From contig CALVMF010000001.1 of the NCBI GenBank assembly GCA_944342125.1, forward strand, positions 1 through 61,175: a stretch of 61,175 nucleotides of DNA. The letters are read 5' to 3'. Made by a program: the position numbers and the translations under genes. The first letter of the stretch is position 1. Every line of letters starts with the position of its first letter. This DNA comes from an uncultured Bacilli bacterium. Its GTDB lineage: Bacteria > Bacillota_I > Bacilli_A > RFN20 > CAG-826. The notes under the pieces were generated by a model that searched no databases, was not told the DNA's origin, and was given only the letters and a program-made list of their open reading frames with translations. Below are positions 36,632 to 44,571 of the stretch, in pieces.

Positions 36632-38035
36632 ATGGTTCAGTTTAAAAGTTATGATATAGATGATGTTAAAAAGATAAAAGAGTTTTTGTATATACCAGAT
36701 AAGATTGGCTCTGATTACTCTATAGAAGTTATTTATTCTTGGAGACAACTTTTAAATACACAAATTGCCTATTCTTCTGACGATGCTTTTATAAAATCAA
36801 TGTATGATGAAAATAATTACTGCTTTTTCTTACCGCTTAAACATGGAATAGAAAATATTGAAGTTTTGCAGGAATATTTTTTAAATTCTGAGGAAAAATT
36901 TACGTTTGAAATGTGCAACTTATCAAAAGAAGAAGCCAATAAACTTAATTTAAAATTTCCTCACTCACGAATTTTTAACAATCGAAAATGGTCGGATTAT
37001 ATTTATAGCGTTGATGATTTAGCAAACTTTAAAGGAAATAAATATGCTTCAAAAAGACATCACGCAAATAGATTTTTAAAATTATATCCTGACTCATATA
37101 TTGTTGAAGCGACGCCAAGCGACAAAAAAGAAATCCTCTCTTTTTTGGATGAATTTGAAAAACAAAAAGAGTTTAATTCTAGCGAAGCAAGATTTGAGGA
37201 AGAAATGACAAGAAACTTGGTATTAAACTATGAAAAGCTTGGATTAAAATGCTTTTTATTAAAGAATAATGAGAAAGTCATTGGTCTTAATATCTTAGAA
37301 TTTAAAAAAGATGTAATTTATGATCATGTCGAGAAGTGCTCAAGAGAATATGAAGGTGTTTACGCTTATTTAGTTAGAGAAATAGCTAGAAAATTTGAAG
37401 GTAAATATAAGTTTATAAATCGCGAAGATGATTCTGGCGACTTAAATCTACGTTATTCTAAAGAAAGTTATCATCCATTATATTTATTAGACAAGTATTT
37501 GCTTATTGTAGAAAACAATCTTGATTTATTAACCAAGATTCCTGATTTAGTTGTCAATAAATCAGTAAGCATAGGAGAACTAAAAGAAAATTTTAAAGAT
37601 GATTATGCGAAATTAAACCTTGATGATGAGCGCAATAAATTTTGGGGATATGATTATCGAACCGATTTAAAAAATGGCGAAAAAGCTGATTCAGATTATT
37701 TTTATAATGTTGTTAAAAGTGATTTTAACAACAAAACATCATTTGTATTTTGCTTATATTATGAAGGCAAATTATCAGGAGAAATTGTTGCTTATAATTT
37801 GAAAAATGATAACTCATGTGAGATTGGGTATAGACTTTTTAAAGAGTTCGAAGGAAAAAATATTGCTTATTTATCCCTCTTAAAAGTGCTTGATTACTTA
37901 AAAAACAACGTAAAACTCAATTATTTTTCGATTAAATCATATAAAGAGAATAAAAAAAGCCTTTCGTTAATTGAAAGGCTGAATGCTCAATATTTAAATA
38001 GTGATGAGGCTTTTAAATATTTTAAAGTTTCTTAG
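36632..38035 (+). CDS. DUF2156 (MprF C-terminal-like) domain fused to a C-terminal GNAT acetyltransferase domain
   Basis: RKWSDYIYSVDDLANFKGNKYASKRHHANRF matches the DUF2156 DYIY...G.K...KR..N.F signature. The C-terminal 170 aa show a RimJ/L-like GNAT pattern (EIGYRLFKEFEGKNIA...N..S..L.E). Confidence 0.65.
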   Translation: MVQFKSYDIDDVKKIKEFLYIPDKIGSDYSIEVIYSWRQLLNTQIAYSSDDAFIKSMYDENNYCFFLPLKHGIENIEVLQEYFLNSEEKFTFEMCNLSKEEANKLNLKFPHSRIFNNRKWSDYIYSVDDLANFKGNKYASKRHHANRFLKLYPDSYIVEATPSDKKEILSFLDEFEKQKEFNSSEARFEEEMTRNLVLNYEKLGLKCFLLKNNEKVIGLNILEFKKDVIYDHVEKCSREYEGVYAYLVREIARKFEGKYKFINREDDSGDLNLRYSKESYHPLYLLDKYLLIVENNLDLLTKIPDLVVNKSVSIGELKENFKDDYAKLNLDDERNKFWGYDYRTDLKNGEKADSDYFYNVVKSDFNNKTSFVFCLYYEGKLSGEIVAYNLKNDNSCEIGYRLFKEFEGKNIAYLSLLKVLDYLKNNVKLNYFSIKSYKENKKSLSLIERLNAQYLNSDEAFKYFKVS

Positions 38036-38888
38036 TAAGTGCTAAAGCTAAAGCCCCAGGACCAATATGGGTTGCAACCGAAAGAGAAAGAGGATCAATC
38101 ATAATATCTCCTTCTTTAATATTTAAAGCGATAGCAAATTCTTTTTTTAACTCGAGAGCGTCATCTAAATTGTGAGTATAAGCCATAGCGAAGCTTAAAT
38201 TCTCATAAGGAATATCTTTGAATTTTGTTTGAACATCATGCTTGATGGCATCAATCATAATTTGCTTGGCTTTTTTGCTTCCAACAGCTTTTTTGTAGGC
38301 GTCTAATTTCTCTCCAAAGATGCTTAAAACAGGTTTAACATGTAAAACTGAACCTATAGCAGCTCCAGCTGGTGTTACTCTTCCGCCTTTTTTAAGATAT
38401 TTTAAAGTATCAACCATAATGTAAATTGTTGATTCGTGAGCTTCTTTGTTAAGAATTGCAACTATTTCTTCAGCGCTTTTGCCTTCATCTCTTAATTTGA
38501 TAGCATCATAAACTGATTGTTTTAAGCTTACACTAACGCGGTGATTATCAGCAACGAACACTTTACCAGGATAAGAAGCAGAAAGACCGATAGAATTATG
38601 ACATTCTTCACTTAACCCGCTACTCATTGGAATTTGAACGATTTGATCATAAGTTTTTAATAATTCTTCCCAAAGTTCGATGATTTGACCAGGTGCAGGT
38701 TGAGAAGTTCTAATATCAGCATCCTTGCTCATGCAATTATAAAAATCTTCTTCGCTGAATTGTTCGTTTTGATATTTTGTAACACCATCAACAATGACTG
38801 GCATTTTAATGGCGTAAATTCCTAATTCTTTAAGTTCTTGAGGGGTGAAACCTGCGTTATCATCAGTAATAATAGCAATTTTTTTCAT
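38022..38888 (-). CDS. DegV-family fatty-acid-binding protein (FakB-like)
   Basis: MKKIAIITDDNAGF start with GGAGGA SD. TSQPAPG and GGRVT motifs. The track ORF's 19-aa upstream extension was rejected. Confidence 0.9.
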   Translation of the reverse strand: MKKIAIITDDNAGFTPQELKELGIYAIKMPVIVDGVTKYQNEQFSEEDFYNCMSKDADIRTSQPAPGQIIELWEELLKTYDQIVQIPMSSGLSEECHNSIGLSASYPGKVFVADNHRVSVSLKQSVYDAIKLRDEGKSAEEIVAILNKEAHESTIYIMVDTLKYLKKGGRVTPAGAAIGSVLHVKPVLSIFGEKLDAYKKAVGSKKAKQIMIDAIKHDVQTKFKDIPYENLSFAMAYTHNLDDALELKKEFAIALNIKEGDIMIDPLSLSVATHIGPGALALALTKKL

Positions 38889-38959
38889 AAATTCCTCCGC
38901 CGTTACAACGATAAGCATATCAAAATTTATAAACAAAGACAGCATTTTGTTAAAAAATG

Positions 38960-38984
38960 AACTAGAGTTAAGAATTTATAAAAA
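38960..38984 (+). repeat. short intergenic repeat, copy 2 (AACTAGAGTTAAGAA-TTTATAAAAA)
   Basis: Matches 23303-23317 plus 23324-23333. Confidence 0.6.
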
Positions 38985-39128
38985 AGAAAAGAGTTATTAT
39001 CTTTATTGATTAATGAAAATATAAATTGCCTCTACATGGTGAAAATTTATTATTTAACGGAAAGAGAAATTAGTTATTATCACGTTTGAAAATGATATAA
39101 TCAAGGGCGTTCAAAAAAGGAGTAAGTT

Positions 39129-40034
39129 ATGCCGTTTTATTTTAAGAAAGGGGATCTCGTAGAAATCAATTGCGATGCAATTATTAATGCAAGTAATGTT
39201 AATTTGAAAATGGTCGAAGGTGTCGGTAGAGCAATTTTTCATAAAGCTGGAGACAAGGAATTAAGTAACGCCTGTAAACAAATCGGTCATTGTGATGTTG
39301 GCAAGGCTGTAGTCACGCCAAGTTTTAACTTAAAAAACGCAAAAGCTATTATTCATGCCGTTGCTCCAATTTATATAAATGGAAAGCATGGTGAAGAAAA
39401 AGCATTAAGGCAAACTTATCAATCCGTTTTTAAAATAGCTCTCGAAAATAACTATAAAACTCTTGCTTTTCCTCTTTTAAGTGGCGAATTTAACTATCCT
39501 TTAAGAGAATGTTATGAAGTAGGCTTAGATGAAATCAAGAAATTCTTAAAAAGTCACGATGATTTTAAGATTTACATGGTTTTGTTTAAAAATTTCCCTG
39601 AAATTGTTTCTGAAGATACACAAGCGAAAATCTCTAAGTTTATTTTAGATCAATATAAAGTTATTTTTGGTAGCCCATCGAATTCAAAATCTTCAAATGA
39701 AGAATTTGTTAAACTTGTAAAAGAGCATCAAAACGCACTTAATATCAGCGATGAAGATCTTGCTTTTAATTCTAACTATACACCAGAAGAACTTAATCAA
39801 ATTTTAACAATAAAAAATGACATACCTACAAAAAGTGTTTGCTACGCTTTAGCTATTGGATTAAAAGCCGATGAAAAATTTCTTAAAGAAATGCTACTTT
39901 CTTTAGGTTACACAAGCTTAAATGATGATATGTCAGGCTTAGTAACTTTGTATTTTCTTAATCTCAAAATTTACGATATTTTAAAAGTAAACGAAGTACT
40001 TTTTAAATATAATGTAACACCTTTAGGTCTCTAG
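39129..40034 (+). CDS. macro-domain (ADP-ribose binding/hydrolase) protein with C-terminal HTH-like extension
   Basis: GDLVEINCDAIINASN, VGRAIFHKAG, IIHAVAP, AFPLLSG macro motifs. The last ~110 aa resemble an XRE-type HTH (weak). Confidence 0.8.
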   Translation: MPFYFKKGDLVEINCDAIINASNVNLKMVEGVGRAIFHKAGDKELSNACKQIGHCDVGKAVVTPSFNLKNAKAIIHAVAPIYINGKHGEEKALRQTYQSVFKIALENNYKTLAFPLLSGEFNYPLRECYEVGLDEIKKFLKSHDDFKIYMVLFKNFPEIVSEDTQAKISKFILDQYKVIFGSPSNSKSSNEEFVKLVKEHQNALNISDEDLAFNSNYTPEELNQILTIKNDIPTKSVCYALAIGLKADEKFLKEMLLSLGYTSLNDDMSGLVTLYFLNLKIYDILKVNEVLFKYNVTPLGL

Positions 40035-40065
40035 TTATATTTTATATATAAAATATAAATTGCAA

Positions 40066-40096
40066 GGATGGTTTCTTAAATAGGAACCATTTTTTC
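40066..40096 (+). terminator. rho-independent terminator after the macro-domain gene
   Basis: ATGGTTTC-ttaaata-GGAACCAT stem followed by TTTTTT. Confidence 0.7.
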
Positions 40097-40168
40097 TTTG
40101 GCAATAATATTAACAAACCAGCTTTTGAGTGTTAAAATATTTACGCCAATAGGTTATAGGAGGAATAT

Positions 40169-41353
40169 ATGGCAAGATTTACATTACCAAGAGATGTCTA
40201 CTATGGATGTGGATCCTTAGAGAATCTCAAATCATTAAAAGGTAAAAGAGCTATCGTCGTTACTGGCGGACACTCAATGAAAGCTAGCGGATTCTTAGAT
40301 AAAACCGTTAACTATTTAAAAGAAGCAGGATTTGAAGTAGAAACATTTGAAGGTGTTGAACCAGATCCATCAATCGAAACAGTTATGAAAGGCGCTGAAG
40401 CCATGAGAAAATTCAAGCCAGATTGGATTGTTGCTATCGGTGGCGGTTCCCCAATTGATGCTGCAAAAGCTATGTGGGCTTTCTATGAACACCCAGAGAC
40501 AAGCTTTGAAACACTTTGCACCCCATTCAGCTTCCCACACTTAAGAGAAAAAGCAAGATTCTGTGCTATTCCTTCAACAAGCGGTACTGCAACTGAAGTC
40601 ACAGCTTTCTCAGTTATTACTGATTACGCAAAAGGTATCAAATATCCTTTAGCAGACTTCGAAATTACACCAGATGTCGCAATTGTTGATCCAGATATCG
40701 TCAGAGGTTTACCTCAAAAGCAAGTTGCCTTCACTGGTATGGATGCTATGACACACGCTATTGAAGCTTATGTTTCAACACTTGCTACACCATTTACAGA
40801 TCCATTAGCACTTAAAGCTATCAAGATGATCAACACATCATTAGTTGATTCTTACAACAATCCAAATGGTAAGGGCAGAGAAGAAATGCACTATGCTCAA
40901 TGTTTAGCTGGTATGGCATTCTCTAATGCTTTATTAGGTATTGTCCATAGTATGGCACATAAGACTGGTGCTGCTTTCTCAACTGGTCACATTCCACACG
41001 GATGTGCTAATGCTATGTATCTTCCACACGTTATCGAATACAATGCAAACAATCAAAGAGCACGTGAAAGATATGCTCAAATTGCTCAAACTTTAGGTAT
41101 TGAAGGCGAAACAGCTAAAGAACAAACTCAAGGTTTAATCGATAGATTACACGAATTAAATCATTTATTAGGCATTCCACAATCAATGCAAGAGTTTGGT
41201 GTTAATGAAAAAGAATTTAAAGAAAAACTTACTACAATTGCTCACAATGCTGTAGGTGATGCTTGTACAGGAAGTAACCCAAACCCAATCGATGATGCCA
41301 AAATGGCTGACTTATTCGTTTGCTGCTACTACAACAAACCTTATAAGTTCTAA
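40169..41353 (+). CDS. iron-containing alcohol dehydrogenase
   Basis: GGGSPIDAAK, PSTSGTATE, and metal-binding HAIEAY / HSMAHKTG / HG motifs. Codon usage suggests high expression. Confidence 0.9.
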   Translation: MARFTLPRDVYYGCGSLENLKSLKGKRAIVVTGGHSMKASGFLDKTVNYLKEAGFEVETFEGVEPDPSIETVMKGAEAMRKFKPDWIVAIGGGSPIDAAKAMWAFYEHPETSFETLCTPFSFPHLREKARFCAIPSTSGTATEVTAFSVITDYAKGIKYPLADFEITPDVAIVDPDIVRGLPQKQVAFTGMDAMTHAIEAYVSTLATPFTDPLALKAIKMINTSLVDSYNNPNGKGREEMHYAQCLAGMAFSNALLGIVHSMAHKTGAAFSTGHIPHGCANAMYLPHVIEYNANNQRARERYAQIAQTLGIEGETAKEQTQGLIDRLHELNHLLGIPQSMQEFGVNEKEFKEKLTTIAHNAVGDACTGSNPNPIDDAKMADLFVCCYYNKPYKF

Positions 41354-41373
41354 TTGAGTCAATTTAAGACAAT

Positions 41374-41398
41374 AAGCCGCTTTATAGCGGCTTTTTTT
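41374..41398 (+). terminator. rho-independent terminator of the ADH gene
   Basis: AAGCCGC-tttata-GCGGCTT followed by TTTTT. Confidence 0.85.
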
Positions 41399-41411
41399 CT
41401 CTTATATAAAT

Positions 41412-41615
41412 ATGGCGAAATCTATTAAAATTGGAAACATTGTTTTAGTGAAAGTTAGCGATGATGGCGAAGAAAAAATCGCTAGAGTTGTCAGCGTTAG
41501 CCATCAAAATGAAACGGCGATGGTTATGTTTTTGGACGACTTATTTTGCGACACTTATCTAGATAGTGTTCCTCTTTTAAATTGCCGATTATATGAGAAT
41601 AGAAAAGTTATTTAG
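41412..41615 (+). CDS. hypothetical small protein (67 aa)
   Basis: ORF only. No SD; the ATG sits 3 nt after a TATATAAAT stretch (possibly leaderless). No family recognised. Confidence 0.3.
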   Translation: MAKSIKIGNIVLVKVSDDGEEKIARVVSVSHQNETAMVMFLDDLFCDTYLDSVPLLNCRLYENRKVI

Positions 41616-41673
41616 AAAAAATAAACGAACTTTTGCAGACTTTTTTTAATAAAAACAATATTTGGAGTCAAAA

Positions 41674-41925
41674 ATGATTGAATTTAGATATGATACGCAA
41701 CTATTGATTGAAGGTAAAAATCTAAGCGAAGATGCAATTAATGATTATTTTAATAAAAATTTTAAGGGCGATTGTTTATTAGCTGTTGGCGATGATACCT
41801 TAATCAAGATTCATTATCATACAAATGAACCTTGGAAGGTCTTAGAATACTGCGCAAGTTTAGGTGAAATTTACGATATTGTCGTCGAAGATATGGATCG
41901 CCAAGCACGTGGTTTAAAAGGTTAA
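41674..41925 (+). CDS. small protein resembling an internal module of DAK2-fusion proteins YloV/FakA
   Basis: GDCLLAVGDDTLIKIHYHTNEPWKVLEYCASLGEIYDIVVEDMDRQ parallels the GDSLLVV.D....KVHVHT..P..VL......G.L....I.NM..Q block as I recall it. GGAG lies 8 nt before ATG 41674. Confidence 0.5.
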   Translation: MIEFRYDTQLLIEGKNLSEDAINDYFNKNFKGDCLLAVGDDTLIKIHYHTNEPWKVLEYCASLGEIYDIVVEDMDRQARGLKG

Positions 41926-42002
41926 ATAATACGAGTTTTGGATATTTATTTTCAGGCATTAAGAGTCTATACTTTTAATGTATTTAAGGAGAAGAATAGG
42001 AT

Positions 42003-42848
42003 ATGTATAAAATTGTCAGAAAACATGTATTCAATCCTACAGAAACATTACTTGAAATTGAAGCTCCTGCAGTAGCAAAAAAAGCTCAACCAGGGCAATT
42101 CATTATTTTAAGAGTGGATGAAATGGGAGAAAGAATACCTTTAACAGTCGGAGGATACGATAGAGAAAAAGGTACTGTTACCATTATTTTCCAAATCGTT
42201 GGTGCATCTACTTTTAAGTTAAATCAACTTGAAGTTGGTGATTGCTTACATGACTTTGTTGGTCCATTAGGAAGACCAACCGAATTAACTGGAGAAAAAG
42301 TTTGTGTAGTTGGCGGTGGTCTTGGAACTGCAATCGCTTACCCAATTGCTAAAGCTTTCCATGATGAAGGTAAAAAAGTGACAGCTATTGCTGGTTTCAG
42401 AAATAAAGATTTAATTATTTTACATGATGAATTCTCACAAGCTTCTGATAAATATATTGAAATGACTGATGACGGAAGTAACGGAAATAAGGGAAATGTT
42501 GTTGTTCCACTTGAAAAACTTTTATCTGAAGGTGAAAAATTCGATAAAGTTATTTGTATTGGACCAGTTATTATGATGAAATTCGTCACTCAATGTTGTA
42601 AAAAATATAATGTACCAGAATGTGTTTGTTCTATGAACCCAATTATGATTGATGGAACAGGTATGTGCGGTTGCTGCAGATTAACTGTTGGTGGAAAAAC
42701 CAAGTTTGCTTGTGTTGATGGTCCTGATTTTAATGCTTATGAAGTTGACTTTGATGAAGCTATGCAAAGAGGAACTATGTATAAAGCATTTGAAAAGAAG
42801 GCTTATGAAGAAGCAAAATGTAATCTTTTTAAAAAAGAGGTTAAATAG
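42003..42848 (+). CDS. nfnA: NfnA-type FAD/NAD-binding, [2Fe-2S] small subunit (sulfide/dihydroorotate dehydrogenase-like)
   Basis: PGQFIILRV, RIPLTV, GGGLGTA, C-terminal CGCCR cluster. It directly precedes the GltD-like subunit. Confidence 0.75.
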   Translation: MYKIVRKHVFNPTETLLEIEAPAVAKKAQPGQFIILRVDEMGERIPLTVGGYDREKGTVTIIFQIVGASTFKLNQLEVGDCLHDFVGPLGRPTELTGEKVCVVGGGLGTAIAYPIAKAFHDEGKKVTAIAGFRNKDLIILHDEFSQASDKYIEMTDDGSNGNKGNVVVPLEKLLSEGEKFDKVICIGPVIMMKFVTQCCKKYNVPECVCSMNPIMIDGTGMCGCCRLTVGGKTKFACVDGPDFNAYEVDFDEAMQRGTMYKAFEKKAYEEAKCNLFKKEVK

Positions 42849-42850
42849 TT

Positions 42851-44263
42851 ATGTGGAAAGAATATAAACCAAACATGGCATTAAAAAAGAATCCAATGCC
42901 ATCACAAGATCCAAAAGTAAGAGCTCATAATTTTAAAGAAGTTGCCGAAGGCTATACTGCTGAAATGGCAATAGATGAAGCAAAAAGATGCTTAGGCTGC
43001 CCAAATAAACCATGTGTAGCTCATTGTCCAGTTAATATTGATATTCCAAATTTCATTCACGAAGTAGCTTTAGGAAATTTTGAAAAAGCTTATGAGATTA
43101 TTTCAGAATCTAGCTCATTACCTGCAGTTTGCGGAAGAGTTTGCCCTCAAGAAACTCAATGTGAGATGAAATGTACAAGAGGAATAAGACCTGGAAGCGA
43201 ACCTGTCGCTATCGGACGTCTTGAAAGATTTGTTGCAGACTGGCATAACGCTAACTTTAAAGGCGAAATCGTTAGACCTAAATCAAATGGTCATAAAGTC
43301 GCTATTATTGGTTCTGGTCCTTCTGGCTTAACATGTGCTGGTGATTTAGCAAAAAAAGGCTATGATGTTACAGTTTTTGAAGCATTGCATTTAGCTGGTG
43401 GTGTTTTAGTCTATGGTATTCCTGAATTCAGATTACCAAAATCAATCGTTCAAAAAGAAGTTGATGGATTAAAGCAACTTGGTGTTAAAGTTGAAACAAA
43501 TATGGTCATTGGACGTGTTATTACTATCGATGAATTATTAAAAGAATATCATTTTGAAGCCATCTTTATCGGTAGTGGTGCAGGTCTTCCAAGATTTTTA
43601 GGAATTCCAGGCGAAAACTTAAAAGGCGTTTATTCAGCAAATGAATATTTAACACGTACTAACTTAATGAAGGCATATAGAGAGGATAGTGATACTCCAA
43701 TTGAACATGCTAAAAATGTTGCAGTTGTTGGAGGCGGTAACGTTGCAATGGACGCAGCAAGATGTGCTTTAAGATTAGGTGCCGAGCATGTTTATATTGT
43801 TTACCGTAGAAGTTTAGAAGAATTACCTGCAAGAAAAGAAGAAGTTGAACATGCAATGGAAGAAGGAGTTGATTTCCAACTTTTAAATAATCCTGTTGAA
43901 CTTTTTGGGGATCCTGAAACTGGACTTGTCTCTAAAATGAAGGTTGAAAAAATGGAATTAGGTGAACCTGATGCAAGTGGCAGAAGAAGACCAGTTGGCA
44001 CAGGAGAATATAGAGAAATTGAAGTTGATTGTGTCATCGATGCAATCGGTACTACTCCAAATCCACTAATTAAACATACAACAGAAGGACTTGAAACAAA
44101 TCCTCATGGATGTATTGTTACAAAAGGTGAATCTGGGCTTACATCTAGAGAACACGTTTATGCAGGTGGTGATGCCGTTACTGGAGCCGCTACAGTTATT
44201 CTCGCTATGGGCGCCGGAAAACATGCTGCTAAAGCGATTGATGAAGAATTAATGGGAAAATAG
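42851..44263 (+). CDS. nfnB: NfnB-type / GltD-like NADPH-dependent oxidoreductase large subunit
   Basis: Two ferredoxin-like Cys clusters (CLGCPNKPC..HCP; CGRVCPQETQCE), IIGSGPSGL and VVGGGNVAMD dinucleotide folds. Confidence 0.8.
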   Translation: MWKEYKPNMALKKNPMPSQDPKVRAHNFKEVAEGYTAEMAIDEAKRCLGCPNKPCVAHCPVNIDIPNFIHEVALGNFEKAYEIISESSSLPAVCGRVCPQETQCEMKCTRGIRPGSEPVAIGRLERFVADWHNANFKGEIVRPKSNGHKVAIIGSGPSGLTCAGDLAKKGYDVTVFEALHLAGGVLVYGIPEFRLPKSIVQKEVDGLKQLGVKVETNMVIGRVITIDELLKEYHFEAIFIGSGAGLPRFLGIPGENLKGVYSANEYLTRTNLMKAYREDSDTPIEHAKNVAVVGGGNVAMDAARCALRLGAEHVYIVYRRSLEELPARKEEVEHAMEEGVDFQLLNNPVELFGDPETGLVSKMKVEKMELGEPDASGRRRPVGTGEYREIEVDCVIDAIGTTPNPLIKHTTEGLETNPHGCIVTKGESGLTSREHVYAGGDAVTGAATVILAMGAGKHAAKAIDEELMGK

Positions 44264-44283
44264 TTTCTATAATAAAAATTAAC

Positions 44284-44313
44284 AAAACCGCCGAACAATA
44301 CGGCGGTTTTTTT
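44284..44313. terminator. bidirectional rho-independent terminator (nfnB and tRNA-Ser)
   Basis: AAAACCGCCG-aacaata-CGGCGGTTTT with an A-run and a T-run on either side. Confidence 0.85.
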
Positions 44314-44374
44314 AAAATAACGAACTTTTGCGGAGAAAAATTCATATTTATAAGGAATTTAATTAACAATTTAT

Positions 44375-44465
44375 TGGCGGAGAAAAGGGGATTTGAACCC
44401 CTGCTAGGCGTGAACCTACTATCAGTTTTCGAAACTGACCCCTTCAGCCGCTTGGGTATTTCTCC
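44375..44465 (-). tRNA. tRNA-Ser (anticodon CGA), CCA encoded
   Basis: Reverse complement is GGAGAAATACCCAAGCGGCTGAAGGGGTCAGTTTCGAAAACTGATAGTAGGTTCACGCCTAGCAGGGGTTCAAATCCCCTTTTCTCCGCCA. It has a 7-bp acceptor stem, anticodon loop TT-CGA-AA, a long variable arm, and a GTTCAAATC T-loop. Confidence 0.92.
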
Positions 44466-44546
44466 GTTCAATAAATTATACATTTAGTGATAACCTAATT
44501 CTAGAAGCAAAAATTTTGTTTTTGATGTCAACTTTCATTCTTGACC

Positions 44547-44571
44547 TACTTTAGTATATAATACTAAAGTA
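44547..44571. promoter_or_regulatory. 10-bp perfect inverted repeat TACTTTAGTA-TATAA-TACTAAAGTA ending on the ATG of the next gene
   Basis: Read directly from the sequence. It contains TATAAT at 44557-44562. No SD lies between it and ATG 44571. Confidence 0.4.

Noticed and set aside
40108-40135. Rex-type redox operator upstream of the ADH gene (TTAACA-N14-TGTTAA).
   Set aside because: The orientation and spacing do not match the Rex box (TTGTGAA-N4/6-TTCACAA or TTGTTAA-N4-TTAACAA). This is only a 6-bp AT-rich inverted repeat.
40169-44263. Horizontally acquired island containing ADH and NfnAB, suggested by visibly higher G+C and different codon choice.
   Set aside because: The same codon bias (GGT, CCA, GCT, ATC, TTC) is seen in eno, groEL and secA. 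It therefore reflects high expression rather than foreign origin. No flanking repeats or mobility genes are present.
44229-44483. 84-aa minus-strand ORF from the track.
   Set aside because: It runs straight through tRNA-Ser (44375-44465) and the bidirectional terminator, so it is an artefact of the tRNA gene.
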